Shown: positions 17,560 to 28,221 of the stretch, one piece after another
Numbering within the stretch: position 1 is the first letter of the stretch
How the letters are laid out: every line of letters starts with the position of its first letter
IMG/VR virus record: IMGVR_UViG_3300037130_000236
Origin: a virus
DNA length: 64,000 nt
Direction: 5' to 3' (one strand)
Translations under genes and position numbers: made by a program
The notes under the pieces: model-generated
The model's database searches: none
Seen by the model: the letters and a program-made list of their open reading frames with translations, nothing else
What the model was told of the DNA's origin: nothing

Positions 17560-20500
17560 GTGACCCTTATGGACCCTCGTGACTTCTTCAAGAACCTGAC
17601 CGGCGTTTACGGCTGGGCTGCAGAACGGCCTGGTCTGATGTTCGGCGCCGGCGCGGCCGCATTGGCTGCGCCCCTGTTCATGAAGAACGACGAACGGGGC
17701 TACTTCAAGACATCCACCATGACGACGCCGGCGATTGTCGCCGCGGCCATGGTGGCGCCCCGCCTTATCCCTACGGCGGTCAGCGAAGGCAAGCGGCTTA
17801 TCGATGTCGTCAAGCAGGTTCCCACGGACTACGGGTTCCGCGATGGAGTTTACCAGGCCGCCACCGGAGCAGTGAACATCGCCGCGCTGCGCAGCGCCTA
17901 TGAAGAAGGCCGCATCTCGATCAATGAATACCTCGCCGGACAGAGTCGCTTCTATTCCGGCCTTCCCATTGAGGAGATCACCAGCAACCAGGTCGAGCGT
18001 GAGTTCTCCGCCTTGACCTCACATTTCAATCGCCTCTACGAAGACCCGACCAAGCATCGCCTCCTGGAGAACGCGCTCTTTCACGCCCAACTGAAGCAGT
18101 CGGGCGCTGCCGACAAGCTGGGCTGGCAGGGCCTGACGGCCGTGGCGCCAACGATGACGGCGAACGAAATGAGCGACATCATCGACGCCAACTCCAAGGA
18201 CATCGATTGGATCAGGGAGATGAACTTCCGGCTCCGTGAGGCATCCGGAGCCAAGGTTGCCGGCGAAGGTGCTGTCGTTCCCCAGCTCAAAGATCTGACG
18301 TCCGCCAATGCCGAGTTCATGACATCTGAAAGCTATGCCGGTCGTGGGCGCGCTTTGCTTGAAGAGCAACATGCTGCCCTGGCTCAAGAGATCGATGCCC
18401 TGCTGGGAGACAAGGCCGCAGTCAAGCAGTACGGCTACCGTGCCGAGAACATCGAGGTCATCACTCTGCCGGCCGGACGGAACCGACCGATCAACGAGAT
18501 CGTTGGACTGCGTATCGACGGCGACCTGACCATCCCTGTCATCGATGGCAACGGTGGCATCAGACTGGGAAGCTCCTTCGAGAACTCAGGCGTCTCCCGC
18601 TTCTTCATGCAGCACGGCGGCGATGTCAGCGCCGATGTTTACGGCGTGCGCGGCCTCCGCTATGGGAAAGACTTCGTGCGCGGCGAGCTGAGCCGGGCTC
18701 AGTTCGTTGTCGGCCGTGATCCTCTCAACGGCAACCCTTTCCAGGCCGAAGATGCCGGTGTCGCCCAGGCAACCCGCCGCCAGCAGCAGTTCTACAGCAA
18801 CCAAGGTGTCTTTGCCGATATGCCTGGGTCTTTCCCCGTGGACGGCGAGGACCGCGGTGTTTGGAGTCGGATGCGCCCGGAGCGCAAGGTTGCAGAGATC
18901 ACCCACCAGGTTGATTCCGGCGGCAAGATACGCACCACGGGCGGCACGAAGATCGACACCCTGGAACGGGAGGAAACCCGGCTCATCGAGCCCATGGGTG
19001 TTCACAACCGTGAGAAGGAAAGCCTGCGCATCAAGTCGATGAACAAGTCGATTTGGGCGGAAGTGGCCGAAGGCCATGCCGGTTTCTCCGCGACGGATTA
19101 CACCGACCTTCCGGAGTTTGGCGTTCGTTCCCTCCAGATCACTCCCAGCCAACGCGCGCTGTTCGGCGACCTGCCTGAGTGGGAGCAGGTTGCAGGCGCT
19201 GGTTTCGATTCCAGGCTGGCACTCGAAGATTCAGCGCGGGCCCTTTCGCTCGATATGGCCCTCAGCAAGATCGGCGCGAAGCAGCGGGCGGTCGGCTATA
19301 TCGCCAAGGACGCCGGCGTCAACGAGATGATTGCGACAGACATGTGGGATAAGCTCCTGCCTTTCCTGTCCAACCGGAAGAACTACGAAGCAATGCGCAA
19401 TGTCGGCTACATCGGCGAGGGCGCGCGCATCATGAAGAAGAACGTGGGCGCCGAGGCTGTGCGCCATGTGAACTACGTCGTTCACGAGAACATGCTGTCC
19501 GAGGACCTCCTCAAGGGAGGGACGTTTGGGCGCGATCAGGTTCTCGGAATGAAGTACGGCACCTCCATGTTTGCCCAGGGCGACAGCAACCGCATCATCA
19601 ACCACTCGGTCAACGAGGCGGACGGAACGATCCTCCTCCAGGTTGAAGAGCGTCTGGTCGTCCAGGGGATGAAGACCCACAACCTGGGCAAGCAGACCGT
19701 TAGTCGCGCGCTCGAAGACGTCGAGATGGAGCGGGTGATCCGCGGCTTCAACAACTACTTCAGGGTCTCAGGACAGGGCGGCGCTGTGGCCGATGAAGTC
19801 GACAGCGTGGTTCTGGAACAGTTCAACAGCGCCAAGGCGAACAATCCGCTGCAGGTTCTCAACGACTCCCTGGGCGATACGTTCCGCCGGCTTGACGGTA
19901 TCTACGGCGCTGGCAACACGCCTGCCTTTCTGACCGAAGCAAAGTTCTCCGGCCGCAGCCATTTGGATCGCCTGGCCGAGCTGGGCTATTCCTACGAGAA
20001 TGGTCGCCTGATCACGCACACCGGCAATCTGCGCAACCTTCAAGGGTCGGCCGCCGATTACACCCAGGCCGCCGATTACATCCGCGACCTGATGGACGAG
20101 GTCGGGGCGCGCATCAAGAGCAAGCAGATCGCTGGCGATCGGTTCATGGAAAGCTATATCGACTGGTCGTTTAAGCATGAGGACGGAACCTACCTCGAAT
20201 ACCTGATGCAGCGGGCGCTGCCTGAGTCCATGAGCGTGTCGGATCACATGGCACTCAACCACGCTTCCCGTGTCGGTATCACCCGCGATGCTCTCCAGCA
20301 GATGTCTCTGGCCGGGGAACATGAAACGGCGCGCGAGATCCTGAGCCGACTCGAAACGGATGGCTCTACAGGCATGACCTGGGATTTCATGCAACACACC
20401 GATCCCAGTGTGCGCGACTTCTCGAAGCCGTTTGGGGACGCCAGCATCTCGATCGATGAAGCAGTGGGCGACAGCCTGATCGACAGGCTGGGCACTGCCG

Positions 20501-22599
20501 AAGGCCGCGTCACGAAAGCGACCGGGCCTGACGGCAAAGTCGGGATCAGACCGACGATCTTCGACCCAGCTCACGACCTGGCGCAGAGGAACTACTCAAT
20601 CAAAGCGAGTGTCGCCGGCAAGGACTACTTCATTCCGGTCCTTGGACGCGAGGCATACGGCGGCAAGGCCAATGCTCACGACCTGATGGGCTACTCGGCG
20701 AATAAGTGGGAGAACGAGCTGCGCAACGTGTTGCAGACCGCCAACGATGTGAACGAGGGCTTCGGCACCAAGATTCCCTTCGAGGACGTACTCGCCAACT
20801 ATGTTCAGAAGGTCCGGGAATCCTACGGCGTCGGCAAGGAAGGTGTTTGGAGAGCTCCGACGATTGATCCCTTGGGATTCGAGGGCCGGGCGACTGCGCG
20901 TGCGTCAACACTGCGCTACGCCGACGGCTCTGTCAATCCCTTCGAGATTGGTGTCGGCGAAGAGTATCTGGACCTGATGTCCAAGGAGCATGCCGAGATC
21001 CTGCGCGGCGGCGGCCGCGTGCAGGCCGTATCTGTCCGGCATCCCATCAATGCCGTGGTCATGGCCGATGTGAGATACGATCCGAATCTCAACGGCTCAT
21101 GGCAGGTCGGCGCCGATCCGGTGATGCAGCGCATGATGCGCATGGACGCCGACGGCGACCGGCTGTCGTTCCACATGGCAAACACCCAGGCCGTGAAGTG
21201 GGCAGAGGACGTTGCCGATCCGGCTGCTCTCCAAGGTGAGCGCGCGGCAGAGTATGCCCGCTGGCAAAGGTTCTCAGAACAGATCAACAATCCGGAAAGC
21301 CTGCAAGGCAGGCTCGGAGCCTTCCGCCGCGTCTTTGAAGGCGACGAATTGAACCCTCGTGAATACGTGAAGGGTTCGATGACGGACGTGTTCTCCAACG
21401 TCAGGAAGTTCGCGGGAAGGGATCTCCGCAAAGCGATTCAGGCCCGTACCGCCGCGGCCGACGTGGGCATGCTGTCGAATACCTTCGACCAGCTCGAAAC
21501 CTCGATGGCTCACAACGATCTTTTCCGCGATCCGTTCGAGAAGCTGATCACCCATGAGTTCTCTTACGACATCGTGCGCGAAGCATCGATCGCCGCGGCA
21601 AAGCTGAAGGGCGGCGGAGCGTACCAGGATCTGACCACCCTGATGGCATGGAACAACTCTCTTCGCTCGGCGCTCAATGACCGTAGCGAAAAGGGCATGA
21701 ACCGGTTCATCACCGCCATGACGGAGGGCGCACAGAACTTCGGCAAAGAGATCGCGGTCAACGATGCCCAGAAGGCATTCTTCAAGATTGCCGACGAGAC
21801 CGCAGAGATCAATCCGTACCTTGAGTTCGCGCAGCAACGGCGCGACCTGTTGGAGAAGCTGTGGCGAGGCCACGACTCCACGGTCAGCGAGATCCAGCAG
21901 ATCATGACCGTGACTGGCGAGAATGCTGCGAAGTACGCGAGGCGCGACATCGTCACCCTGTTCAACAATCAGGTGCCTGCGGTACAGGCATTTGCCCACC
22001 GGGGCGCCAGTGACTACTCGGCTGCCACTCTGGGTGCGGAAAACGCCCGTACGGCCGCCGGGAAGTTCGCTCAGAAGACAGGCCGGGCCGCCGAGGGCGT
22101 CTTCAACCAGGCAGCTCGCTCTGTCGAAGAGGTCGTGCAGGCGGCGCGCGGGACCGGCGCAATGAAGGCACTCGGCATTGGAGCGGCCGTCGCAGTTGGA
22201 TCTGGCATCCTGTTCGGCTCCTTGCGCAGTCCTCGAAAGGGACAGGCATTGGCTCCCTCCGGGAACCGTTTCCGCCCAGAAGAGAAGATCGGCGTCGATG
22301 GTCATGTTCCAGGAGAACCTGAGACTGGGGTTATGGCGCCTGCCAACCCTCCTCGTAGAATCAGGCCCGCCCAGGGCGGTGTACGAACCGCAGTCGTCGC
22401 GCCGATCGGTCGCACGACGGAGCTTGAAGTCCACATGCGGGCGGATGATCGCGGAAGGGCTGCAGAAGCCTCGAAGATAGCGACCCGTCTGGCAGCTCCA
22501 GCAGGCAACTCCCACGTCTCGATCACCTACCGAGACACTACGCGCCTTGACAGCTTGCGGACCAAAGAACGGATCCGCGAGGCAATGGACGAGAGATAA
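17560..22599 (+). CDS. Candidate single-chain two-barrel (beta/beta-prime-like) DNA-dependent RNA polymerase with tape-measure-like termini
   Basis: Motifs GYIGEG (616-621), GMKTHNLGKQTV (K705, K711), GKEGVWR (1092), RHP (R1160), DADGDRLSFH (D1196/D1198/D1200); hydrophobic N- and C-terminal segments. Confidence 0.75.
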   Translation: MTLMDPRDFFKNLTGVYGWAAERPGLMFGAGAAALAAPLFMKNDERGYFKTSTMTTPAIVAAAMVAPRLIPTAVSEGKRLIDVVKQVPTDYGFRDGVYQAATGAVNIAALRSAYEEGRISINEYLAGQSRFYSGLPIEEITSNQVEREFSALTSHFNRLYEDPTKHRLLENALFHAQLKQSGAADKLGWQGLTAVAPTMTANEMSDIIDANSKDIDWIREMNFRLREASGAKVAGEGAVVPQLKDLTSANAEFMTSESYAGRGRALLEEQHAALAQEIDALLGDKAAVKQYGYRAENIEVITLPAGRNRPINEIVGLRIDGDLTIPVIDGNGGIRLGSSFENSGVSRFFMQHGGDVSADVYGVRGLRYGKDFVRGELSRAQFVVGRDPLNGNPFQAEDAGVAQATRRQQQFYSNQGVFADMPGSFPVDGEDRGVWSRMRPERKVAEITHQVDSGGKIRTTGGTKIDTLEREETRLIEPMGVHNREKESLRIKSMNKSIWAEVAEGHAGFSATDYTDLPEFGVRSLQITPSQRALFGDLPEWEQVAGAGFDSRLALEDSARALSLDMALSKIGAKQRAVGYIAKDAGVNEMIATDMWDKLLPFLSNRKNYEAMRNVGYIGEGARIMKKNVGAEAVRHVNYVVHENMLSEDLLKGGTFGRDQVLGMKYGTSMFAQGDSNRIINHSVNEADGTILLQVEERLVVQGMKTHNLGKQTVSRALEDVEMERVIRGFNNYFRVSGQGGAVADEVDSVVLEQFNSAKANNPLQVLNDSLGDTFRRLDGIYGAGNTPAFLTEAKFSGRSHLDRLAELGYSYENGRLITHTGNLRNLQGSAADYTQAADYIRDLMDEVGARIKSKQIAGDRFMESYIDWSFKHEDGTYLEYLMQRALPESMSVSDHMALNHASRVGITRDALQQMSLAGEHETAREILSRLETDGSTGMTWDFMQHTDPSVRDFSKPFGDASISIDEAVGDSLIDRLGTAEGRVTKATGPDGKVGIRPTIFDPAHDLAQRNYSIKASVAGKDYFIPVLGREAYGGKANAHDLMGYSANKWENELRNVLQTANDVNEGFGTKIPFEDVLANYVQKVRESYGVGKEGVWRAPTIDPLGFEGRATARASTLRYADGSVNPFEIGVGEEYLDLMSKEHAEILRGGGRVQAVSVRHPINAVVMADVRYDPNLNGSWQVGADPVMQRMMRMDADGDRLSFHMANTQAVKWAEDVADPAALQGERAAEYARWQRFSEQINNPESLQGRLGAFRRVFEGDELNPREYVKGSMTDVFSNVRKFAGRDLRKAIQARTAAADVGMLSNTFDQLETSMAHNDLFRDPFEKLITHEFSYDIVREASIAAAKLKGGGAYQDLTTLMAWNNSLRSALNDRSEKGMNRFITAMTEGAQNFGKEIAVNDAQKAFFKIADETAEINPYLEFAQQRRDLLEKLWRGHDSTVSEIQQIMTVTGENAAKYARRDIVTLFNNQVPAVQAFAHRGASDYSAATLGAENARTAAGKFAQKTGRAAEGVFNQAARSVEEVVQAARGTGAMKALGIGAAVAVGSGILFGSLRSPRKGQALAPSGNRFRPEEKIGVDGHVPGEPETGVMAPANPPRRIRPAQGGVRTAVVAPIGRTTELEVHMRADDRGRAAEASKIATRLAAPAGNSHVSITYRDTTRLDSLRTKERIREAMDER

Positions 22600-22601
22600 C
22601 C

Positions 22602-25600
22602 ATGAGCGTCATCACCACCGAAAAGGATTACAGCACGAACAACCCACTCGATGCGGGCTACTTCCGCGTCGGGTTTGTCACCCTGCAGATCCCACCACAG
22701 GACATTGTGACCTCGCGTGTTGTGAACAACGAGAAGATCACGCCTCTCCGCGGCATGAACGAGATGTTCCAGAAGACGGGGCAAGCTCGCTGGGATGTGA
22801 CCGTGAGTTGGACGGCACTGTTGAATGACGCCGATCAGGTCACCAGGTATCAGCAGTGGGAAGACCTTCGCAATATGGTCGCCATCTTCAAGGCTGCTCC
22901 TTTCGTGGAGGTGGAGTCTCCGCACCTGCGCCAGATGCTGGCTGCTCATGATCCGGAGTTCTCCACCAGACGCCTCTCGATGGGCCTCCGCCAGCTTCGC
23001 GTCGACAACCATCCAGATGTCATCGACGCACTCAAGGTCACCCTGACGATGACCTACTTCAACTGCCTGCCCTATACCCAGGACTTCGGATACCAAGGTG
23101 ATTCCGGACAGAGTGTAAGTGCTTACCAGTCACAGAAGTTCAAGAAGTACATTTCCCAGTGGCGCCAGATCAACATGGAGCGGGCATTCCGCTACCCAGG
23201 AGACCCGATCTGCCCCTTGTGGCTGGCCCAGAATCCTGGCGAACTGGCTCTCAAGTGGAGGACCTACCTTCCAATACAATCTGGGCAAGTACCGGACTAC
23301 GCCGGCCAGCTCAACGCACCGGCGACCATCGGCGGAACGGTTGTTCCATCCACGGTGACGCCGAAGGCTCCGAAGGGGAAGGTTGCGCTTCCGCCTGCAA
23401 TCGCTCAGCTCATTCAGCAGATCGCACCGCAGTTTGGTCTTGACCCTGCAATAATGCAAGGAATCTGCTGGTACGAAAGCAAAGGCAATCCCAACGCCAA
23501 GAGTCCAAACTCGACTGCCACAGGTCTCTTTCAACTGCTCAATGGAACTGCAAAGGCCATGGGAGTCACAAACTCCTATGACCCGACCCAGAATACAACC
23601 GGGGCCTGCAAACTCATGTCCCAGCTGTATCGTCAGTTCGGATCGTACGAGCTTGCCATAGCTGCTTACAATGCAGGATCTGCTTACGTCAAGTGCTATC
23701 TGAACGGAACCAGTCAGACCTTGAAAAGTGGTGTAGTTATCAATCCAGGCAAGCAGATGACAGGCGGGATTCCTCCAGCAGGTGTTCCTGCAGGCGAGAA
23801 CGTGCCAAAGTACATCTCGACGGTCATGAGTATCGCTCAGTCCTCGTTTGGGTACAACGGCACCGCCACGTCCACAACCCCAACCGTAGCGCCCGGCCCT
23901 GCGCCGGCAACGAATGCAACGACACCGGCCAGCTCAGGGTCAAACCCGACAACTTCGACCAGTTCGAGCACCGAAGCTGCCTTTGAAGCACAGGTGAACA
24001 ACCTTGTGGCTCAAGGCTGGAGTGTCGATCACCGGGCCGATCCCGGTGGCGTCGGCGTTCTCTTCCTGTACAAGGAGAACGAACTTCGGGTTGCTCCTCA
24101 AGACTCCAATTCAGGAGGCGTGCAACCGGGCCTCTGGCCGGAAGGCATCTCGGTTCTCTTCGTCAACAACCTCGCGCAGATCCCGCTGGCTGGCTTCCAG
24201 TATCCGACCTACCAGCACGTCGGGCCCTGCAGCTCTCTTGTGCAGGTGTCATTCGGTTCCCAGGGGACGCGCGACAATCCGAACACGGACGAGCCGATCC
24301 ACAACGGTCTGATGACCCTGACCTCGATGGCTCATATGCTGGAGCAGCAGTACCAGCGCCTGCGCACGCAATTCCGTTCGATCGCATCGGTTCACAGGAT
24401 GCACGCGGTCTATGTCGAGAACCAGGTTCTGAATATGCTCGGTATCTTCGGGCTGATGCTCGATCAGGTGACCACCGAGACAGTGCCTGATTCCTCGGAT
24501 ATGGCCATGGCCCAACTCACGGCCTGCCAGTACGAGAACAAGTTCGAAGAACTCACCTCCTACAAAGTCAACGCGATCGACGGCGTCTACATGACTGCCC
24601 TGCAACAGACGGTGTTGCAGGGAGACACGCTTGCCCAGGCGGCAACGGCGGCGTCGCCTGATGAGAGGGCACTGATGGGTGCGGCCTTCACCTATCGCCA
24701 GCACATGGCCAGCTCCGACGAGAACGACATGAGCGCCCGGCTTCTCAATGCAGCCGAAAACCCCTCTGACTCGTCGCCCTTCGGATTCATGAACGGAGCC
24801 CAGTCATTCTTTGTCAGCGAAACAGATGCGGATGCGCTGACGAACGAGTTTATGGAAAAGTCTTCCAGTTACCCGGTCGCCGCGGCGCGCGTGAAGCAGC
24901 TTCAGCAGTCGGGCAATACAACGCAGTGGACGATGGCCGATTACCTGATGTTCAAGTCCTGCGCTTATGACGCAGCGGGAACTGGCGCCATCACATCCCT
25001 CGTATCGAGCATCGATCAGGGTCTGGCGGCCGACACCGATCTGAGCCGGCAGAAGATGGTCAGCGATGTGTATTCGCGGCTCTTTCCCTACTTCGCGGAG
25101 AACGATCCGAGCCTGCGCAACGCCCTGAACCAGATCATGCAGAGTCCAACGCTCGGCGCGAGCATCAAGAACTCCGTCTCTGCAAGCGACCCCGCCCTCT
25201 CGAATGCCGATCATGGGGCCTACCGCGACATGGGCCTGAACAGTCAGGTCCTCGATGGCGAAGACTTCAACCCCGGGATGTACTTCACCAGCGACAAGAC
25301 GACCTATCTGGCCAAGACGAGGACAGCCCTCGGGAACATCACGGCACAGATTGCCTCAGGTTCAAGTCAACTGAACAGCGACAGCAACGGATACCAGGTT
25401 CCTGCGGGAACGATTCCTCTGTCCACGACGACCTCGATTCCCGGCAACATGGACTCGATCATGAAGATGATCAATGTTCCTGGTTACAGCATGACCGAGG
25501 CATTCCCGACCTTCAAGCTGTTCTTTATGGAGGACGCCAACAGTGGCATCTATTACGCATTCGACAACTTCTACAGCTACAGTGCGGTGATCGACATCGA

Positions 25601-28148
25601 GGTACAGCGGCCAACCAACAAGCCGGCGACCCTCCGCATGAAGCTGATGAATCTCACTCACCTGTTGAGCCACAAGCTCTATGATGCTTCGCTGGCCGGC
25701 AAGTGGGAGGCATCGCTCGACAGATTCGCCATCAGCACAGGCGGCACGGCTGCGGCCACAGGCTCGGATGTTCCCACCAAAGGATTCGTCGGACGGAACG
25801 GCATCGGTGGCGCGCCTTATCAGATCATGGGCAAGGACAACACCGAAGGCTACGCCGGTGGCGACATGTCCAACCGCAGGATTCCGCTTCAATACTTTCC
25901 TCTTCAGACGGGCAGTAAGATCCAGCTTCGTGTGGGGTTCTCCAACAATCCGGACAAGCTGACACCTGTCTTCTGTGGCGAGGTCACCGACATCGAGGGC
26001 AACGAGATCCTGACTGTCACTGCCCAGAGCTACCTGCTTGAGCTTGCGTCCTTGAGCGGTGACAAGATGAACTCGAACTCATGGTTCCAGCTCGGATCGC
26101 TGCTTCAGAACACGGTCAACATCCTGATACCGGGATCGGGTGGCGGCATGTCCAAAGGGCCTGCCTACGGAGGCGTCACCATCTTCGGCGATGCCGGCGA
26201 TGTGGGCACGGTGATCTGGATGATGCTCAAGAACTCCGGAGCCAAGCACTTCGGTCACTGGCAGGTAAACAGTCCTGCCAATTCCTTGCTCAAGGGCTTT
26301 TCATGGAAGGAGCTGGCCGCCGCGCCGGCCGCCGGCGCCGCCAGTATTGCCGGTATGGACAACGTGGCCACCGCGCTTCAGAACGTCTACGACCGGTGCG
26401 ACGAGAACATCATGGTCGATACGGCCGTTCAGTATGACGGGACGTCGGTCAGCACGGACCCCAAGACCCACTCTCAATCCCGGAGCTGGATGGATCAGCG
26501 GAAGTATCCCTGGGCACCGGCATCCTACTATGTCGATTCCAAGACCACGTTGACGGTGTGGGAACTCATTCAGGACATCGCCAGACGGTATCCGGAATAC
26601 CTGCTGCTCGAGAAGTGGTACGGTTTCCCTTACAGCTGTGACGCGACCCTGGTCTTTGGCCATCCCTTCGACTGGTACACAGCAAGGCCTCAGATGCTCG
26701 GCGACACGGAACGTGTGCGCGCGCTGAACCAGAACAACCAGGCATACACCCAGTGGTGGAATGCGAGCGGCAAGCAGATGTTCCTCGATGTCATGGGGGA
26801 CGGCACCATGCCTGTCACCGTGGCTCTCTACAAGAACCAGCTGCTCCAACAAGCAGGCGCGAGTCCGTCTGGGCTTGCCGCGGCACTTCAGTCGCTGTTG
26901 ACGATCGCGGTGGATGGTGTCGATACGGGTTCACAGACTGCCAACGATTGGCTGGCTCTTCCTGGCAAGCTCATCTACACCATCATCCCCGGAGAACGGG
27001 AGGCTCTTCGAAATCTCCAGAAGAAGATCAACGCAGTGCAGAGCGCGTACTACGCTTCCATCCTGGCCGGGGATCAGAAGTCGACCGACTTCCTGAAGCC
27101 GGTGCGTCGCTACCACTTCATCGACCATCAGTCCATCGTGCATAACGGGATGAGGGTCAACGACAAGATATACAACTGCATCCGCATCGGCGATCCGGAG
27201 AAGAACGGCAAGACCTATCCCATCCTGGCCAACGCCAGCATTCCTCCCAACCATGTGCGCGCGCTTGATGTCACAGACCAGATCAACGATCCCAAGCAGA
27301 ATGTGATCGACCAATCCCTTTCCGGCAACACCGGGCTGATCATGGCCTACGGCCAGAGCTTCCTGAGGGAAGAGTTGGGCAAGATGTACCGGGGCGAGAT
27401 CGTGCTGCGCTGCATTCCCGAGATCGAACCGCAAGACGTTCTTCTCATCACCGATCCGTCCACAGGGATGGTCGGGCCGGTCGAGGTCGAGACCGTCACC
27501 CACGTCATGAACCTGGAATCGGGATTCATCACCATCATCAAGCCGCGCGCAGTCATCACGATCAACGAAGCGGCATCGGCCAATTTCTTCCGAATGCTGA
27601 TGATGGCTATGGGAACCGTGATCCCGGAGATCCACCGTCTGAGCAATCTCTCCGTCTACTCATGGATGGAAGGAGCAGCCGTCGCCACAACCACGGCGGT
27701 CGGCGCCGGTGCGGTGGTGGCCGGATTGAGCTACGCAGGCGGCGCAGTGGCCACAGCAGCGGAAGGCACCGGTTTGGTGGCTATCGCTGCAGGTGCAACG
27801 ACTGAGTGGGCGGCTGCCGGCGCGGCCTTCCTTTGTGGCCCTCCGGGTTGGATCATCCTGGGCCTCTGCGCGATCGCGGCGGTCGGCGCCGCGGTCTGGT
27901 GGTTCACCGACAGCACAGCCAAGCTGAACCCCGTCGTGATCTGCCCTTGCACCAAGTTCGGGCGGCCGTGGGTCGGCGGCATCGAGGGCTGGTCCATCAA
28001 CGACCTGGTGGGCGTGGTGAACAATAAGGCGATGCAGTTTGTGGCCGACGAGATCTTCCCGCTGATCGATGCCTGGAAGGCCTTCCACGGCTACCCGACC
28101 CAGATTCCTCCCACTCCCCAGCCTTCCTGGGGTCTGTCTGCTCCATAA
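22602..28148 (+). CDS. Baseplate hub / tail lysin fusion: SLT lytic transglycosylase + gp27/late-control-D-like hub + C-terminal TM hairpin
   Basis: ICWYES (E292)..ATGLFQL..AIAAYNAG SLT motifs; MYRGEIVLRCIPEIEPQD..VETVTHVM..GFITII hub motif. Confidence 0.8.
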   Translation: MSVITTEKDYSTNNPLDAGYFRVGFVTLQIPPQDIVTSRVVNNEKITPLRGMNEMFQKTGQARWDVTVSWTALLNDADQVTRYQQWEDLRNMVAIFKAAPFVEVESPHLRQMLAAHDPEFSTRRLSMGLRQLRVDNHPDVIDALKVTLTMTYFNCLPYTQDFGYQGDSGQSVSAYQSQKFKKYISQWRQINMERAFRYPGDPICPLWLAQNPGELALKWRTYLPIQSGQVPDYAGQLNAPATIGGTVVPSTVTPKAPKGKVALPPAIAQLIQQIAPQFGLDPAIMQGICWYESKGNPNAKSPNSTATGLFQLLNGTAKAMGVTNSYDPTQNTTGACKLMSQLYRQFGSYELAIAAYNAGSAYVKCYLNGTSQTLKSGVVINPGKQMTGGIPPAGVPAGENVPKYISTVMSIAQSSFGYNGTATSTTPTVAPGPAPATNATTPASSGSNPTTSTSSSTEAAFEAQVNNLVAQGWSVDHRADPGGVGVLFLYKENELRVAPQDSNSGGVQPGLWPEGISVLFVNNLAQIPLAGFQYPTYQHVGPCSSLVQVSFGSQGTRDNPNTDEPIHNGLMTLTSMAHMLEQQYQRLRTQFRSIASVHRMHAVYVENQVLNMLGIFGLMLDQVTTETVPDSSDMAMAQLTACQYENKFEELTSYKVNAIDGVYMTALQQTVLQGDTLAQAATAASPDERALMGAAFTYRQHMASSDENDMSARLLNAAENPSDSSPFGFMNGAQSFFVSETDADALTNEFMEKSSSYPVAAARVKQLQQSGNTTQWTMADYLMFKSCAYDAAGTGAITSLVSSIDQGLAADTDLSRQKMVSDVYSRLFPYFAENDPSLRNALNQIMQSPTLGASIKNSVSASDPALSNADHGAYRDMGLNSQVLDGEDFNPGMYFTSDKTTYLAKTRTALGNITAQIASGSSQLNSDSNGYQVPAGTIPLSTTTSIPGNMDSIMKMINVPGYSMTEAFPTFKLFFMEDANSGIYYAFDNFYSYSAVIDIEVQRPTNKPATLRMKLMNLTHLLSHKLYDASLAGKWEASLDRFAISTGGTAAATGSDVPTKGFVGRNGIGGAPYQIMGKDNTEGYAGGDMSNRRIPLQYFPLQTGSKIQLRVGFSNNPDKLTPVFCGEVTDIEGNEILTVTAQSYLLELASLSGDKMNSNSWFQLGSLLQNTVNILIPGSGGGMSKGPAYGGVTIFGDAGDVGTVIWMMLKNSGAKHFGHWQVNSPANSLLKGFSWKELAAAPAAGAASIAGMDNVATALQNVYDRCDENIMVDTAVQYDGTSVSTDPKTHSQSRSWMDQRKYPWAPASYYVDSKTTLTVWELIQDIARRYPEYLLLEKWYGFPYSCDATLVFGHPFDWYTARPQMLGDTERVRALNQNNQAYTQWWNASGKQMFLDVMGDGTMPVTVALYKNQLLQQAGASPSGLAAALQSLLTIAVDGVDTGSQTANDWLALPGKLIYTIIPGEREALRNLQKKINAVQSAYYASILAGDQKSTDFLKPVRRYHFIDHQSIVHNGMRVNDKIYNCIRIGDPEKNGKTYPILANASIPPNHVRALDVTDQINDPKQNVIDQSLSGNTGLIMAYGQSFLREELGKMYRGEIVLRCIPEIEPQDVLLITDPSTGMVGPVEVETVTHVMNLESGFITIIKPRAVITINEAASANFFRMLMMAMGTVIPEIHRLSNLSVYSWMEGAAVATTTAVGAGAVVAGLSYAGGAVATAAEGTGLVAIAAGATTEWAAAGAAFLCGPPGWIILGLCAIAAVGAAVWWFTDSTAKLNPVVICPCTKFGRPWVGGIEGWSINDLVGVVNNKAMQFVADEIFPLIDAWKAFHGYPTQIPPTPQPSWGLSAP

Positions 28149-28221
28149 GCGTTCATTCAAGGTATGAGCAGAGAGATGCCGGCGGGCTATATTATTCTGG
28201 ATCATATAGGAGTCAATCGGC

